From Geosiphon pyriformis uo1 (taxonomy: Eukaryota; Fungi; Glomeromycota): a stretch of DNA of 64,000 bases. The stretch is taken from contig JAAOMT010000441.1 of NCBI GenBank assembly GCA_016748015.1, positions 372,001-436,000 on the forward strand. Reading direction: 5' to 3'. The notes under the pieces are model-generated. The model searched no databases. It worked only from the letters and a program-made list of their open reading frames with translations, and had not been told where the DNA came from. This document shows, one piece after another, positions 23,867 to 37,390 of this stretch (the first letter of the stretch is position 1; each line of letters opens with the position of its first letter). The position numbers and the translations under genes were made by a program.

Positions 23867-26800
23867 ATGGTTATTGTGAATAGAACCAAAAAATCTAATA
23901 AAACACCTGGACATTTTGATTTAAACCAAATTATTATGCACATGATGCCAACCCACAGAATCATAGGCTTTATGCATATCTTGCAGCACAAACCAAAATT
24001 CACAATCCTTCTCCAAAGTGTCTTTAACAACCAAACCAATAGCAAAAATAGGAAACTAAGTAGTAGTGCTCTTAAGCACAAAAAAATTGTCCTCACAAAG
24101 AACATTGAATAGACTGCATGCTGACAAAATCCTGTCAGACAGCAACTTAGAAAGAATCTTATGAGCAGTCTTAATTAAAGCAATTGGTCTAGTATTTGTT
24201 AAAATGTCTTTCCACTTATAGGGCTTAGGAATTATTAACACCCAAGCTTCTTTCCAACAATGGAGAACTAACTCACATACCAAACAAATGTTCATAAGAT
24301 CCAGAAGCAAGTCTAGTACAGATCTATCACAATGTTTCCAAAGTTCATTTGAAATGCCAGACAAGCCAGCAGCTTTACCATCTAATAAATTCTTAACAAC
24401 ACACATCAAGTCATCTAAACTGATAGCATCTATCACACCAGAAAAAGCATTATCATCAACATAATTCAATAGCAGGTATTGACACTGCCACAAATCAGAA
24501 ACACTCTTCAGCATGGCTTTTTTCCTCATCCAGCCCTCTATTATATCATCTACCTTACTCTTAACTTCCACTGGGTCCAAAATCAAATTGCCATCAGAAA
24601 CCAAATGGTCCAACACTACTTTGCAGAATGGACATTTCAAAACACTATGGATTGTGTGGCTTTTGTTAACCACAAAATTCTCCATTCTTCTTTCAATAGC
24701 TGATCTAATGCCTGACTTCTCAGCTCACAATAACTCGGCAAGCTTAAAGACACAATAAGATCTCCTTACACCATAGAGAGCAGAATAGACATAATTCAAA
24801 CTTGTACCAGAACTTACAAGATCCCAAACAACAGAAGCTTTGTCACTATCCAGAGAAATCCAGTGTCTTAAAAAAAATTCAAACTGGCCAGAGTCCACCT
24901 TGCGAGAAGCCTTGACAATTTTTGAGATCAAAATTTCCAAGTTATGCAACTTGGAAGACTTCTTGGTAAACACTCCATTATAACCCTTAAACCATTTTTT
25001 CTTGAAAGTTCCATTAGCCGAAAATATCATTACTTTGTGAACAATGTTCCACATAGCATCCAGATCAGAAAATCTTCTGGCCAATCCAAACTTGTCTAAA
25101 AACATGTCAGCATTGACTGCAGTAGCATCCTTAAATTCACCCCATTTCACTTCATCCACATTTTTGACATCAAACTTCCAATGATTCTTATTTACCTGTT
25201 TGTGTAGTAAACTTAACTAGAAATCAAGCAAACCACCCAAACCCATGAAAACAGAAACAGCTTTGTGATTGGTATCAAAATAGTTTTCAATACTGGTTAC
25301 ACTACTATTCATTATAGCATTGGTCAAACTTGAAAAAACAAGAATGTAATTGAGAGCTTTAGCAATACCACAAAAATTGGTCTATGTAGGCATCTTGGTG
25401 AACAAACTTCCCTTTAAAGAATCAACTAAACCCAAATCAAAGCATTTCCTGAAACTAGCAAACTTTTGGGCACTGTCTTCATTGAAATTACCACTCAAAA
25501 CAATGAAAGAAAACTCATTTACTACTTTTGCAATAAAAGAATTGATTTCACCAGCCTGAGAGAACTGAACCACTGAAGAAACACCAGCATAGAGCCCCAA
25601 AATTGACATGGATAGATTATTTTTAAAGAGTAACTTGAGGAAAAGGAGTTAACCAAATACTTCGAAAATCTTACACATATGTTTTACGAAAGAATTGTCC
25701 ATGACAATTACAACACTAGAGTCCAAATAACCAGAATTCAAACCAGAAGTGAAAACCCAAACACTATCAAATTTATTCATGATCCATGGGTGGATCTTAT
25801 CCTTCAACTTAGTCTTAGTAACAACAGAAATCAAATTGTTTATCTCTTTATACCAACAAATTATATTATCTTGTTTCACAGGATTGTTTATACCTTTAAC
25901 ATTGCATGTGGCAATCTTCCAAACTAGACTAGTCATTAAGAAGAAAGTTTGGAAGATGCACTACCAGCCAAAATTGAATTATCAAATCTTGCTGTTAGAC
26001 TTAAAACCAAAGCAGAAAGTCTTTTTAACATGTTTTCCAATTTTTTTACCTCAGAAAAAGCAAAAGAATCCAAAATCACAGCAGTCTCACCACTTGTGGT
26101 CTTACTTGAGCCCTCTCTCATCATTACATCACCCACCCAATTCTGTGATAAGGGAGTCATCAGCAGCTGACATCCAGGGCTAGGCTGAGAAACTGCTGGC
26201 ACAAATGAGTCTAATCTCTTAACCAACTTACTAATTTGTCCTGCAAGGCTAGCAAAACTGCTTTCTAAAACAGCAAACTTTTTTTCAACATCACTCATAT
26301 CAGGAAGAATAGGCTTTATCTCCAAAAAAGAACCAGAATTGACTAAAACATTTCACACAGGGAGAGGAGAAAAGAAGGGCCCATCAGCAATCTTTATCCA
26401 AGAAACCCCACCAAAAGCAACAGGACAAGCAATCAGAGCCAAATGCTTGGCATAGATGGTTGCCAACTTGCTTTTATCTATGTCTAAGAGAGATCTGCAA
26501 AAAGATTTTCCAGAGAAAAAATTCTCACCTACAGCACAGTCCAAAGATGTATGACTTATTTTCTTACACACAGCATATTTAAAAAAACCCAAGTGAGACC
26601 AATGCAGATTTACACTCCTCAAAACTGAAGTAGTTCCCATAATGACATTCAAGGAATCAGCTGATTCAAAACAAACAACAGCACATCTGGCCCGAGCATA
26701 TGTAACAAGATGACAATCAAATGCACATGTTTTCTCATCCACAAAACCAATATAATCTCAGATGTCATAAGCAGTCATTCCCATTAGTAGAGTATAGAGC

Positions 26801-27870
26801 AGTGCTCTATGTTGATCTCTTGCATCCCACAATTCCTTGTTTTGATCAGTCTTGGCCACATGTACAGCATTCTTTTTAATTAGGATAGACCAACAAGCTG
26901 CAACTAAATCAGTCTGTTCACTCTTACTAAATTCAACTATAGCTTTCTGTTACAAACCCACCAACTGTATTTTAATCGACACCACCATATCAAATACAGA
27001 TAGTGCAGCATGTACAGCCTCAGCCGAAGTCTCAATAAAGATTTTTTTCACTACCACAGCCCAATCTGAGTACTTGATGATTTTTTGAGATTGGTGTTCA
27101 CTAAGATCTTCACTTCCTCAGCTTTTTTAGAAGCCTGCACCAAACTTAATTCAGAAGTAAATGTCACTCTGATGATTCTAGCAAATTTCAAAAGGATAAA
27201 ACCCCCCCCAAAACCATTGATTTTAGAAAATAACTTTTTAACTACTACAAGTTTTTCTTGAGCAGATTTCCCAATAACATTGTCCAAACTAATGTCCAGA
27301 GCAAAAGATCTTCTAGCAGAAACATTGACCAAGTTCTTTAAAGAGAGAAAGAGGACCACAGGTTTGTCTAACAGTATGTCATTATTATTATCACCCAAAA
27401 AGTTAATTTTCTTTAGCAGTTTTTCCAGTGCCCTCTTGGTAAGAATTTTTGAACTTTTAAGCATTTGTTCCAAGTCCTCTTTAGTGAAAGCTTCACCATC
27501 TCCATAATCAAAGCTGGTTTCTTCAACCAAACATTTTTTCTCTATGTCTACACTATCAAACTCAATAGTATCACCAGTTTCAGAACTCCAAGAATGACTA
27601 TTTGACATCTTAGCAGTAACAAATTTTCTATTACCAATATTATTCTTCAAAGCACCACCTCTTCTCTTTTTTCTAGACTTAGCAAACTTAACACCAATAT
27701 CAGAACCAGGCTCCATAATAGACCTGTTTAGAATGGCAATACTAGGGCCAATGGTGGTCTTATAATTAAGCAAAAATGGTTTGAATTTATTGTACTGAAT
27801 AATGAAAAAACTTCTTTCAAAAAATATTTTGGCTCTTTTTTGGGAATTTGGGATGAATGAGAGAAAGAAA
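23867..27870 (-). mobile_element. LINE copy 1, 5' half (5'UTR, ORF1, APE endonuclease, RT N-terminus)
   Basis: ORF1 fragments homologous to 52776-54740; ORF2 MTSLVWKIATCNVKG, GNFNED, IIPKP..TRPIAL; 5'UTR matches 42485-42600. Confidence 0.93.
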
Positions 27871-28819
27871 ATTTTTTTTAAATTATATTGAATTTAATAA
27901 AAAAAATTATTTAAAAAAATATTTTATACATAAAAGCAATTAAAATACAATTATTTTTAACTATTTTACTTATATTAATATTTTAAACACCTATTTTTTT
28001 TCTTAATTTTATGATCACAATTAGAGCAAAAAGTAAAAAAGTTTTAAAGATTATTTTTTTTATAGTAATTAATAAAGTTTTAACAAAAAAAGTTTTTATT
28101 ATTATTAAAACAATTAAACAAAATATATTAACAGTGTTTTTTTAAATATTAATAATAAAAAGCTGTTTTTGGCAGTTTTTAAATTAATTTTTTATTTTTA
28201 ATTAATAATTTTTTTTCAATTAATTTTAATATTGTTTTTATACTTTTTAAAAACTCCAAAGTTTTTAACAATAAGTTAGTTAACAAACTGGTTTTTTTGT
28301 ATTTATTATTATTACTATTATTATTATTACTATTTTACAAATAACTAAAAAGATTAAAAACTTCAAAAAACAGTAATAATTACTTAAATTTACTATTATT
28401 ATACTGAATTTTTTTGTAATTTTAGATAAAATCTTAAATAAATTTTTACAATAAAATTTAGCTCTTTTTTTAATATAAACAATAACAGTAATAATATATT
28501 TTTTAAGATAAACCAAAATTAATTATTAGTTTTATTGTTAAATATAATGTTTTTTAGCAAAATATTGTTGATTTTAAAAGCAAAACAAAATATATTTTTA
28601 GATATATTTTAATTTATTAAATTATTAATATTTAAAGATTAAATTGATTAAATAAAAACCAAATTAATTTTTTTTTAATATTGTATTTGAAAAACAATTT
28701 TTAATTATTAAAAGTTTTTTAAATAAGTAATAAATATTTTAATATTTAATACTATTTTTAAGATCAAATTAATCTTAATTAATTACTTGTTTTATTGCTA
28801 TTTGGTTTTATTAAACTTT

Positions 28820-29345
28820 TTATTTATTTAATAAATAAAGTCCAAATATTATCTAATATAATACATCAAATTAAGTAATCTAAACTAAATATAAATTATA
28901 TATTTACTACCAGCCACTTAAGCTAGTTAAAATAATACTAAGCATCTATATAAACAGAAATTTTATTGCCAACACCAAAAATAAATGAATACAAAATACA
29001 TATATTAAAACTAATACTTAAAGTTTTAACAATATCAAACAATTTAACTATGCTTTTTAACAGTATATTTAAAAAACTGTCAACAAAAGAAGACAGCAAA
29101 TTATTTAGTAGAATTAAAACATTTTTTTTCATAATTACATAATGTTTGAAACAGATAAGTCAAATATTATTTTTGTATATTAAAATTAAACTGTATACAA
29201 AACTTATAATTTTATCAACAGTCATTTTAAAATTTTTAAAAACAGAGAAAAATTCTAAATACCAAGTTTTAAAAACAAAACTTTTGCACAAGACAGTATA
29301 CATTGCAATATTTGACAAATATAATAATAAATGCCATAACACAAC
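28820..29345 (-). mobile_element. Eroded LINE 3' remnant
   Basis: ORF 28938-29132 aligns to the LINE ORF2 C-terminus (GVGNKISVYIDA vs GIGDLVSVHIDV); 3'UTR motif atctaaacta and tttatttattta tail. Confidence 0.8.
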
Positions 29346-30720
29346 AAAAATTTCTATAGTATCTTAATAAATAGAATAATAAACATACTTTTATATATAG
29401 ATATTTTCATATTAAAAGAACACTTTATGAACAAAAATAGAACTTACAACAATAAACTTCACTCCTAAAGCTATACAAAAACAAATTTACAATGAATTCA
29501 AGACAGCAGCTAGACCAACAAATACTTGCTATAAACTCAGAGCAGCATTTAGATTCTATGATTTATTTAATACTTACAAAAATGTCCTACAATTCAATAT
29601 TCCAATCAATAAAGATTTAATATATTGGCAAACTCATAAAACTGAAATTTCAACAATTTTCAGACCAAATTACCATGATTATTTTGGATTACTATCTCAA
29701 TATTACAAATAATACTTGGATTTCAATAGAACTCAATCTTAAGAAGGAGATTATGTTATCAATAGAATTTTAGCTATTAACTAGTATGAAATTACTCTTA
29801 TAATTTTTATTATTAATTAGTATATATTAATATTATTTCAAATTATCACTTATTATTTAATCAAATTATTAAATATTATCATTTAATTAATAATCCGATT
29901 TATTTAATAAAAATTAGGATGATTAAATTACACAATACTCTAAACTATGTAATATTTAAGAATTCACTGAAATTTGTAGAAATTCACCAAAATAATAAAT
30001 AATTTATTGAAATAATTAATAGTTCATTAAAATAACTTGTAGTTTGTTGAAATGTATCTTTAATTTGTCAAAATTATATCAAAAAAGAAAGTTTAAGTTT
30101 ATAGACTAATACTACAACAAGTTGTATAAAAAAAGAGTTTTTTTCTTCAAAAAAATATATCTTACTTAAAATTATCTTAGTTAAAATTAATCATCTCTTA
30201 CACATCTTTACAAATTAAATAAAAATCAAATATTCAAAAATTCAAATCTTAAATTATTATATTTGAAATTCCTGAAAATCCAACTAATATTTTGAAATTA
30301 ATTAGCTACTAATTTTAATAATCTGTTAAGGACTTCAGATCTAAATAAAAAACAATTTTCTTGACAAAATTCTATTTCTTTTACATTTTTTTTATTTTAT
30401 TTTATTATAATTATTAGAGTAGTCTACAGACAAAATTTTTGTAGAAGAGTTAACTTTTATAGCAAAGCAATTACACATTTTTAATAAGCTTTTAGATAAG
30501 CAATTCCTGAGAAAGAGTTGACTTTTACTACAAAATAACTACATATAGTAACTGATACAGAATTGGTCATTCCACTTATAAGTTTAATAGTTCAAATTAT
30601 AAGAAATAATTTGAAAATAAATTCAGTTATTAGAGGCTCAATAACTTCCAATAAATGTGAATTTACAGCAAACAGACATTAATAACATTCAAAAAAAGAG
30701 ACCAAAAACCTTTAGTAACA
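29346..30720 (+). mobile_element. 3' remnant of a B-family Gypsy element: ORF3 end, PPT and LTR (29754-30720)
   Basis: YKLRAAFRFYDLF matches B ORF3; PPT aagaaggagatta; LTR tgttatc...tagtaaca is colinear with the reverse complement of 6055-7033. Confidence 0.9.
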
Positions 30721-32735
30721 ATAATTATCTATGTTGATATATAATTTTTCAGATTTTTTAAACAGATTTGTATTGATAAAAATAGTTAAAATAAGTAAAA
30801 AAATAGATAAAAAAAACAAATATAACTAAAGCTTTTAAATTTCAGCAGTCTTATTGTAAATAAAAGATTAATAAAACAAAAAGTCTTAAGTAATATATTG
30901 GATTTAAATCAGTTTTAAAAAACAATATAAAATTATTTTATATAAATTTTGTTTTTAATGTTTTTTTAATTGTTATTATAAAATTTTTATTGATAATTTT
31001 TTTTAATTATATTTAAAATTATTAAGTTTTTTGTAATAATTTTTGTTTTTTTTATCTTCTATTGTATTTTATAATATTTTTTTTAATATATTTTTTAATA
31101 ATATTAAAAATATTTTTGATGTTTTTAATATTATTATTTTAATTAATTAATTTATATTAATTAGAAAAAACAATATTAAAAAAATAATTACTTAAAAAAT
31201 ATTTTCAAGACCAAATTAATAATTTTTTTTTAGTTATTGTTTTTGAAATTAGTAATTTGGTTTTTTAAGTTAATAACTATATGTGTTTTATTTCTTAATT
31301 TTTTAATTTTTATTATTATCAATATTTTGTTATTATAATTTTTAGATCTTTAATTTTTGAATTTAATTGTTTTAAAAATTAACACTTTATATAAATATTG
31401 TATTTAATAAAAATTTTTTCGATATTATTATTATTATAAATATTAAGATTTAAATTATTTAGTTTTGAATTACAAAATATTATCTTGTTTTTAAAAAAAA
31501 ATTTTAAATTTATTAGTAATTTCAAGTTTTTTGTTTTATTTTTTGTTAATATAAAGTTTTATTTTAATGTTTTGTCTTTTGGCTTTTATTATTATATTTT
31601 TGGCTGTTTTTGTTATAAATTTTGTGTTTAAATCTAAGTTAAATTCTTTGAAATTTCAAATCTTAAATTTAAGTATTTTAATTAAGTTTGTTAGTTATTT
31701 TGGTTATTATTTTATTAAATACTTTTTTTGTTTTACATAAAAAATTAAGAAATATAATTATTATAATTTAAAGTAAAATGTTTATTTTTAGTAAATTTTT
31801 AAATAAAATTAACAGAAAATTGGTTAAAATTAAAACTAAAATTTACTTATTTAAATAAAATTATCATCCAAATTATTCAAATTATTTATTATTTAATTTT
31901 TATAAATTTATATTTATTTGGTTAAAAATTATTAACTTTTAAGCTAATATTAATAATATTAATACAATATTACTAATAATACTAAATAATAGCTATTAAT
32001 TATAAGTATTAATAAAATACTAATTTTTATTTTCTTATTATTTTGTTTTTTGTTTATTAATTAATTAAAAAAAGCATTAAAATTATAATATCAAAAATTG
32101 TTTAGTAAAAAATACAAAAATAAGCATAGAATTGATTAATTAAATTGCTTATTAAAAGAGTAAAAAACACTAAAATAAATTAGTAATTATGTTGAAAAAA
32201 TTAGATATTAAATATTTCTAATTATTATCTATGAATTTCTGTTTATTATATAAAAAAGTCAATTATTAAAACTTTTAAATAATTAAAATTTTTAAAATTA
32301 TTTAATAACATAAAAACACCAATTTTTAAATTAAGATTAAAATATTTTTAATTACTAATTTTAATTTATATTGTTAGATTTTAGATTTTTATTTAATATT
32401 TATTGGTTTAAAAACTGTAGTAATTGTTGTAATGACCTAAATAATTGTGTTTAATATGTAATCTGTAAATAAAATAGTTGTATTAAATAATATATTAATG
32501 TATATATTAATAATTAAAACATTGAAATATAATATAAATTTGGCTAATATTGTTTTTGTAAAGTTTTAAATCTGTAAATTAGAATTTGGTATTTATTAAT
32601 TGGATTTTTTAACTGATTTTTTTGTCTTTGGTTTTTTAATTAAGACTAGTAATTTACTTTAATATGATTTTGTTTGTAACAATAATTATAAATAGAATTG
32701 TTCTATTGTTATTATAAAGATTAAGTTGTTAAGGC
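30721..32735. other. AT-rich desert
   Basis: Near absence of C/G, no ORFs, between two LTRs. Confidence 0.6.
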
Positions 32736-33720
32736 TGTTATAGCTGAAATTTAAGTCATAATTACTATTAAAAACAATTAAAAAATAAAAATAGAATTAT
32801 TAATAATATTAAATCAAAAATGGGCAGATTATTTTGCAGATCCCGTTTTCACAGCTATTGGAAAATTATCTTAAATTCACAAGTGTAACAAAATACTATA
32901 ATTAGAATATGCATAACTCTAAACTTTGAATTTCAAACAGTTTAGGCTAAAATTGATAGATTTCAAGTAAATTAAACAAAGTTCAACCAGTTCAGATTGA
33001 AATTGACCAAAGTTCTTCAAAATAATGAATAGTTTATTGAAATTCATATTTATTTACAAAAATTAACAAATATTTTAATAAAAACAAAAAGTTCAAGAAC
33101 ATAAAATAGTTCAATAGAAACTTGTATAAAAGAAGAGCTTTTCTCTTCCAAAAAATGTAGCTTACAATAAATATTTATCATAGTAATATTTTTTACATTT
33201 GAAATAAAAACCCCATTTACAAAAACAATCTTTTTTGACTCAAAATAATTAATTCAAAACAAATCTCTTATTTATTAAATTGAAAACTAATGAATTTTAC
33301 GATTGCTTAATTACCAACTGTTATTTCATTAGTTAGCTAGAAATACTGGGGCCAGGATAAATATTATTAAGGAACATTAACTTTTCAAATTTATAGGACC
33401 AAAAAGGTGGTTATTAAATTTTACATTTCAAAAAACAACAGAGTGAGAAATTATCAAACGGACAGCCTTGGACTAGTTCAAACAACCCTCCAAGACTTAG
33501 GTTATTACACCTAAAGACCTCCCACAGCTGGAGCCGGATAGCAATTGCTGAAACAACTTGGATTTGGATATTAACCTCCAGCATTCCCTTGAGAACATTT
33601 TATAAACAATATTGTATTGACGGAATTAGGCCAGATACTAGCAGCAATATAGAACCAGTAAATTGAAAAGTTATTATCAACAAAATAACCGTAATCAGAG
33701 GTAGAGAACCTCTGGTAACA
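32736..33720 (+). repeat. LTR C, a divergent relative of the B LTR with no recognisable internal region
   Basis: tgtta...ggtaaca, 985 bp; shares ttgtataaaagaagagc.t.tctcttc..aaaatgta with LTR B; no matching TSD, so the left boundary is less certain. Confidence 0.7.
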
Positions 33721-33780
33721 ACGGTCATATGGGTCTATGAGAAAAAAAGGCTACCTTCCAATGATGATAATGAGAACTAA

Positions 33781-33999
33781 GTGGAGTCAAAGGCCGAGGA
33801 ATATGGAAAACGAGTGTGCACGGTCTCGGAGGCGTGCAGAAGCAAGACCTGCAGTCGGTGCGGGTGGATCGACGAAAAACTCCGAGGAAAGGAGTCCTTC
33901 CGTTGCCGTGGGTGCGACTTGAATATTGATAGAGATGTTAACGGTGCACGGGGCATCTTTCTTCGAGCTCTATTGAACGGCTGCATAGAATTTGAATAG
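33781..33999 (+). pseudogene. C-terminal fragment of a TnpB/Fanzor2-like RNA-guided nuclease (RuvC-II, zinc finger, RuvC-III)
   Basis: SKAEEYGKRVCTVSE..SKTCSRCG...FRCRGC...DRDVNGARGIFLRAL follows the TnpB pattern V.E..TS.TCxxCG-x-CxxC-DRD.NGA.NI; the N-terminal majority is missing. Confidence 0.85.
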
Positions 34000-35401
34000 T
34001 GGCTGAGTGAAGCTCTGACACTTTACCGAATTCTGTCGTCAACAACACGTCCGCGGGTGGTAGCATTTTTTTTTAAAAAAAAGGAGACGAGATTTATTGT
34101 GGCTCTTATTATAAAAAAAAATATACAGCTGGACAGTGCCGGGGTGGGATAGGGTCGGGGGGCACTTAAAACATACAGCTGGACGAGAGCCTGAAGGATT
34201 TCCTTCGGTGGAGCTGTCCTTGGGGCACCAGTTGGATGATAGATTATGTTGGTTAGTAATGGCCAATGTTGTATATAATTGTACGACTCAAACCATACGA
34301 ACAAAAAGAAAATATTATTTGTTTGGATAGACGTGAAAATTCGGGTCAATTGTTAATCGTTTCATTAAGTTGTGGGTGTGTGTGTGTTTGAGAGCTAACA
34401 TCTCAACGTTTCTCATTGTCTAAATGTTTATTCAACTTTCCAATCAATGTTTTGTATCTTTTGCTTTTTTTTGATTATATGATGAAAATCCAAGTTTATC
34501 TTTATAAATGAAAGTTCAAAAAGATTTTTTTTTAACCTTTTTTGTTATCAACATGTCAAATAAGTTTATCAATTAAATATTATTATTTTTAGAGAATCAA
34601 ACAAATGTGTTTGTACGTTTGTATGAATAAATTTTTAATTTTGATTCCTTGATAGAATTATTTATTTATTTATTTTTCTTCCTAATCTGGAATTAAGCAA
34701 GACCCTTAATCTGTGCAGTTTTAATCATGACGCTATTATGATACTTTTATACCAAATGAAAATCATGACCAGAAATTACTGTGACATCTCCGTCATCATG
34801 CATTTAATCGAGAATTTAAGACAAAAAAACTAATTTTTTTTGGTCTCTATCATTATTACTACTTTACCACCTAATATATTTTACAACTTTCTTCTCGCGA
34901 TTAGCCGAAACATTATAATATAAAATAGAACTTTAGGAAAAAAATAAAAAAAAGATAATGTCTCTCCCTCTAAATGTTGTTAAAACCGTTAGATATCATG
35001 TTTGTTTAATTTGAAAATTTATCCCCCTTTTTCTTTAAACTCTCCTCTCTACCACACAAACGTACAAACATACACAAATACAGAAACAACCGGTAGTACA
35101 TTATTATCAATTGCCAAGAAACTTCCCGTAATTTTTTTATTTATTAGATTATTCCAAAATTTCTTAATTTACAAATAAACACCTTTCCGGTTATACTCCT
35201 CAACAAAGATAGTTAGTAGCAGACCATACACACCAAGTATATTCCACTCCGTTAACTAGTAAAAAATATATAACCTTCCTTTTCATACCTCCTCCCTTTT
35301 TTAAACCTCACCATTTGTCTTCACTCGCATACGATTTCCTTCTTTTTGCGTCTATACTTTTTTTTTTTCCGAGAATATATCTCAACTGATAATCCTTCTG
35401 A

Positions 35402-36802
35402 ATGGTTGACCCACAAGAAAAAAGCGATTGGCTCAAGAAAGAACAAAAAGCCTCTCGAAGAACTCGAATACTAGTTTCAACAATTGGTATAATAGTACTG
35501 GTAGGCGTATTAGCCGCTATAATCTACGTTCTAGTTCATAAAGGAACCTCAAAATCTTTGGCCAACAGTTATTCAGCGAATGATTATTCGGCTGCCAACA
35601 ATAATGCTACTTCAACTAATGGGAAACTTCCTGAAAATCCATTGGGACCTTATTACACGAGTAAAGGAAGACCGGTGAATTTGACTATTAACGCCGATCC
35701 ACGACTTCACAAATCTTTCTACGGTATGAATTACGGACCGATTTTGGCACTGTATCCGTGGTGTACAAACACACTGGGTGATACGATCGAGGATTTGAAA
35801 CAGTTGTCACAATTGACGAATCGACTTCGGTTGTATGGGATGGATTGTGATGCCGCGAATTATACGTTACAAGCGATCGAGTTGTTAAAGCTTGATATGA
35901 CAATTATTCCAACGATATGGGTAGATAGTAATGCTACTACCTATCAACGACAATATGATGACTTTTTTAATAATTTGAAACAACATGGGACAAAGAGGAT
36001 TGATGGGGTTTCAGTTGGAAATGAAGGTAATGTTTCTTTTATTAATAATATGGTGGTGGTATAATCTTTGGTTAAATCGGGCTGAAGGGAAAAAGAGAAA
36101 TATTCATAGATAGGTACTAGTTTGAGTGGATGGAGCCTTCGTGATGGATTCTTTTCAAACCCTAATTCTTATTTTTGTTCAACATATTTACTGATCGATT
36201 CAAATTCCCTATCACGTCACCCATATTTTCCATCTACAGTCCTCTTTCGTAAAGAAATTGAAGCGGCAGATTTATATTCGAGAATAGCCGATATTCGTCA
36301 AAAGATTCAAACATCATATCCCGGTTCAAAAATTCCGGTATTCACCTCGGATATCGGTTCTAACGTTGATAAAGACTTTGTGAACGCTGTTGAAGTCGCA
36401 TTCGCCAACGTACATCCATACTTTGGTGGAATCTCCGTTAATGACGCTGCCACTTGGACATTTGACTTTTATGAAAAGTTCGATGTAAAACCGTCAAAGC
36501 AAGCCGGTAAATCTGCTGTCATCTCTGAAATTGGATGGCCGACTGAGGGAAAAGCAGATTCAAATGCTGTAGCAAGCGTTCCAAATCTTCAAAAATTTTT
36601 GGACACTTTTATTTGTAAGGCCAATGAACAAGGAGAAAAGTATTATTATTTTGAAACCTACGATACTCCATGGAAAACGGATTACTTCACGATATTAGAG
36701 GGAAGTTGGGGTTTATTTAATTCGGATCGATCCTTCAAAAAAGGCATCACTATCCCAAACTGTTCACCGGCGAAGGTGGGAATCTTGGCTCCAAATAATT
36801 AA
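35402..36802 (+). CDS. Membrane-anchored GH17 beta-1,3-glucanase/glucanosyltransferase; exons 35402-36026 and 36240-36802
   Basis: N-terminal TM helix, RLRLYG, VSVGNEV (acid/base, spanning the intron), ANVHPYF, ISEIGWPT (nucleophile), YYYFE; GT-AG intron keeps the frame. Confidence 0.92.
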
Positions 36803-37390
36803 CAATTTTTACCTTGATGGTTTTTTCAAAGAGTAGTAATTGGTAGAGGATAATGGAATGGGATGGAATGATTGGTGGTTTCTTTTATAAAAAAATTTTC
36901 AATAGAAAGTTTTTAAATTTTTCTTTTGGGAAAGAAGACTAATTTGAAAAAGAATAATGGTTTTGTACAGCAATTTATTATCACGGGTCAATCTAATGAC
37001 AGAAAAACATTTGAAAGCTTGAACTTTGCATTTTACACGCTACCATCTATTCATTTAGCATTTTGTGGTTTTATTTATGTCACACCTTTTTGTTCCTTTC
37101 TCTCACATGTAATCTTTTTAATCCATACAAAAATAAAAAATAAAATTAATTTTATGCCATTGGGCGTTGTACAATATAATTTTTCACGATCGAAAATTAT
37201 ACATGCACTCATGATTAGTCAGAGCATTTATGAGTGAAAAATTTGAATAAATATTAATGGTTACATCTCATCTTTACATATTTAGGATTTGAGGCGATAA
37301 ATTAACACACATATCAAAAATAATATTTTTAATTGGTTATTTTTAATGCTTGAATAAATCTCGCAAAAAAAGATTACGATATGTGGATAT

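Noticed and set aside
32732-33724. LTR C as a clean solo LTR
   Set aside because: Flanks aggc and acgg do not form a TSD and no PBS or PPT is adjacent, so its origin is unresolved
34023-34349. 108-aa minus-strand ORF and overlapping short ORFs
   Set aside because: No recognisable motifs, non-ATG start, crosses homopolymer runs; explained by local GC richness
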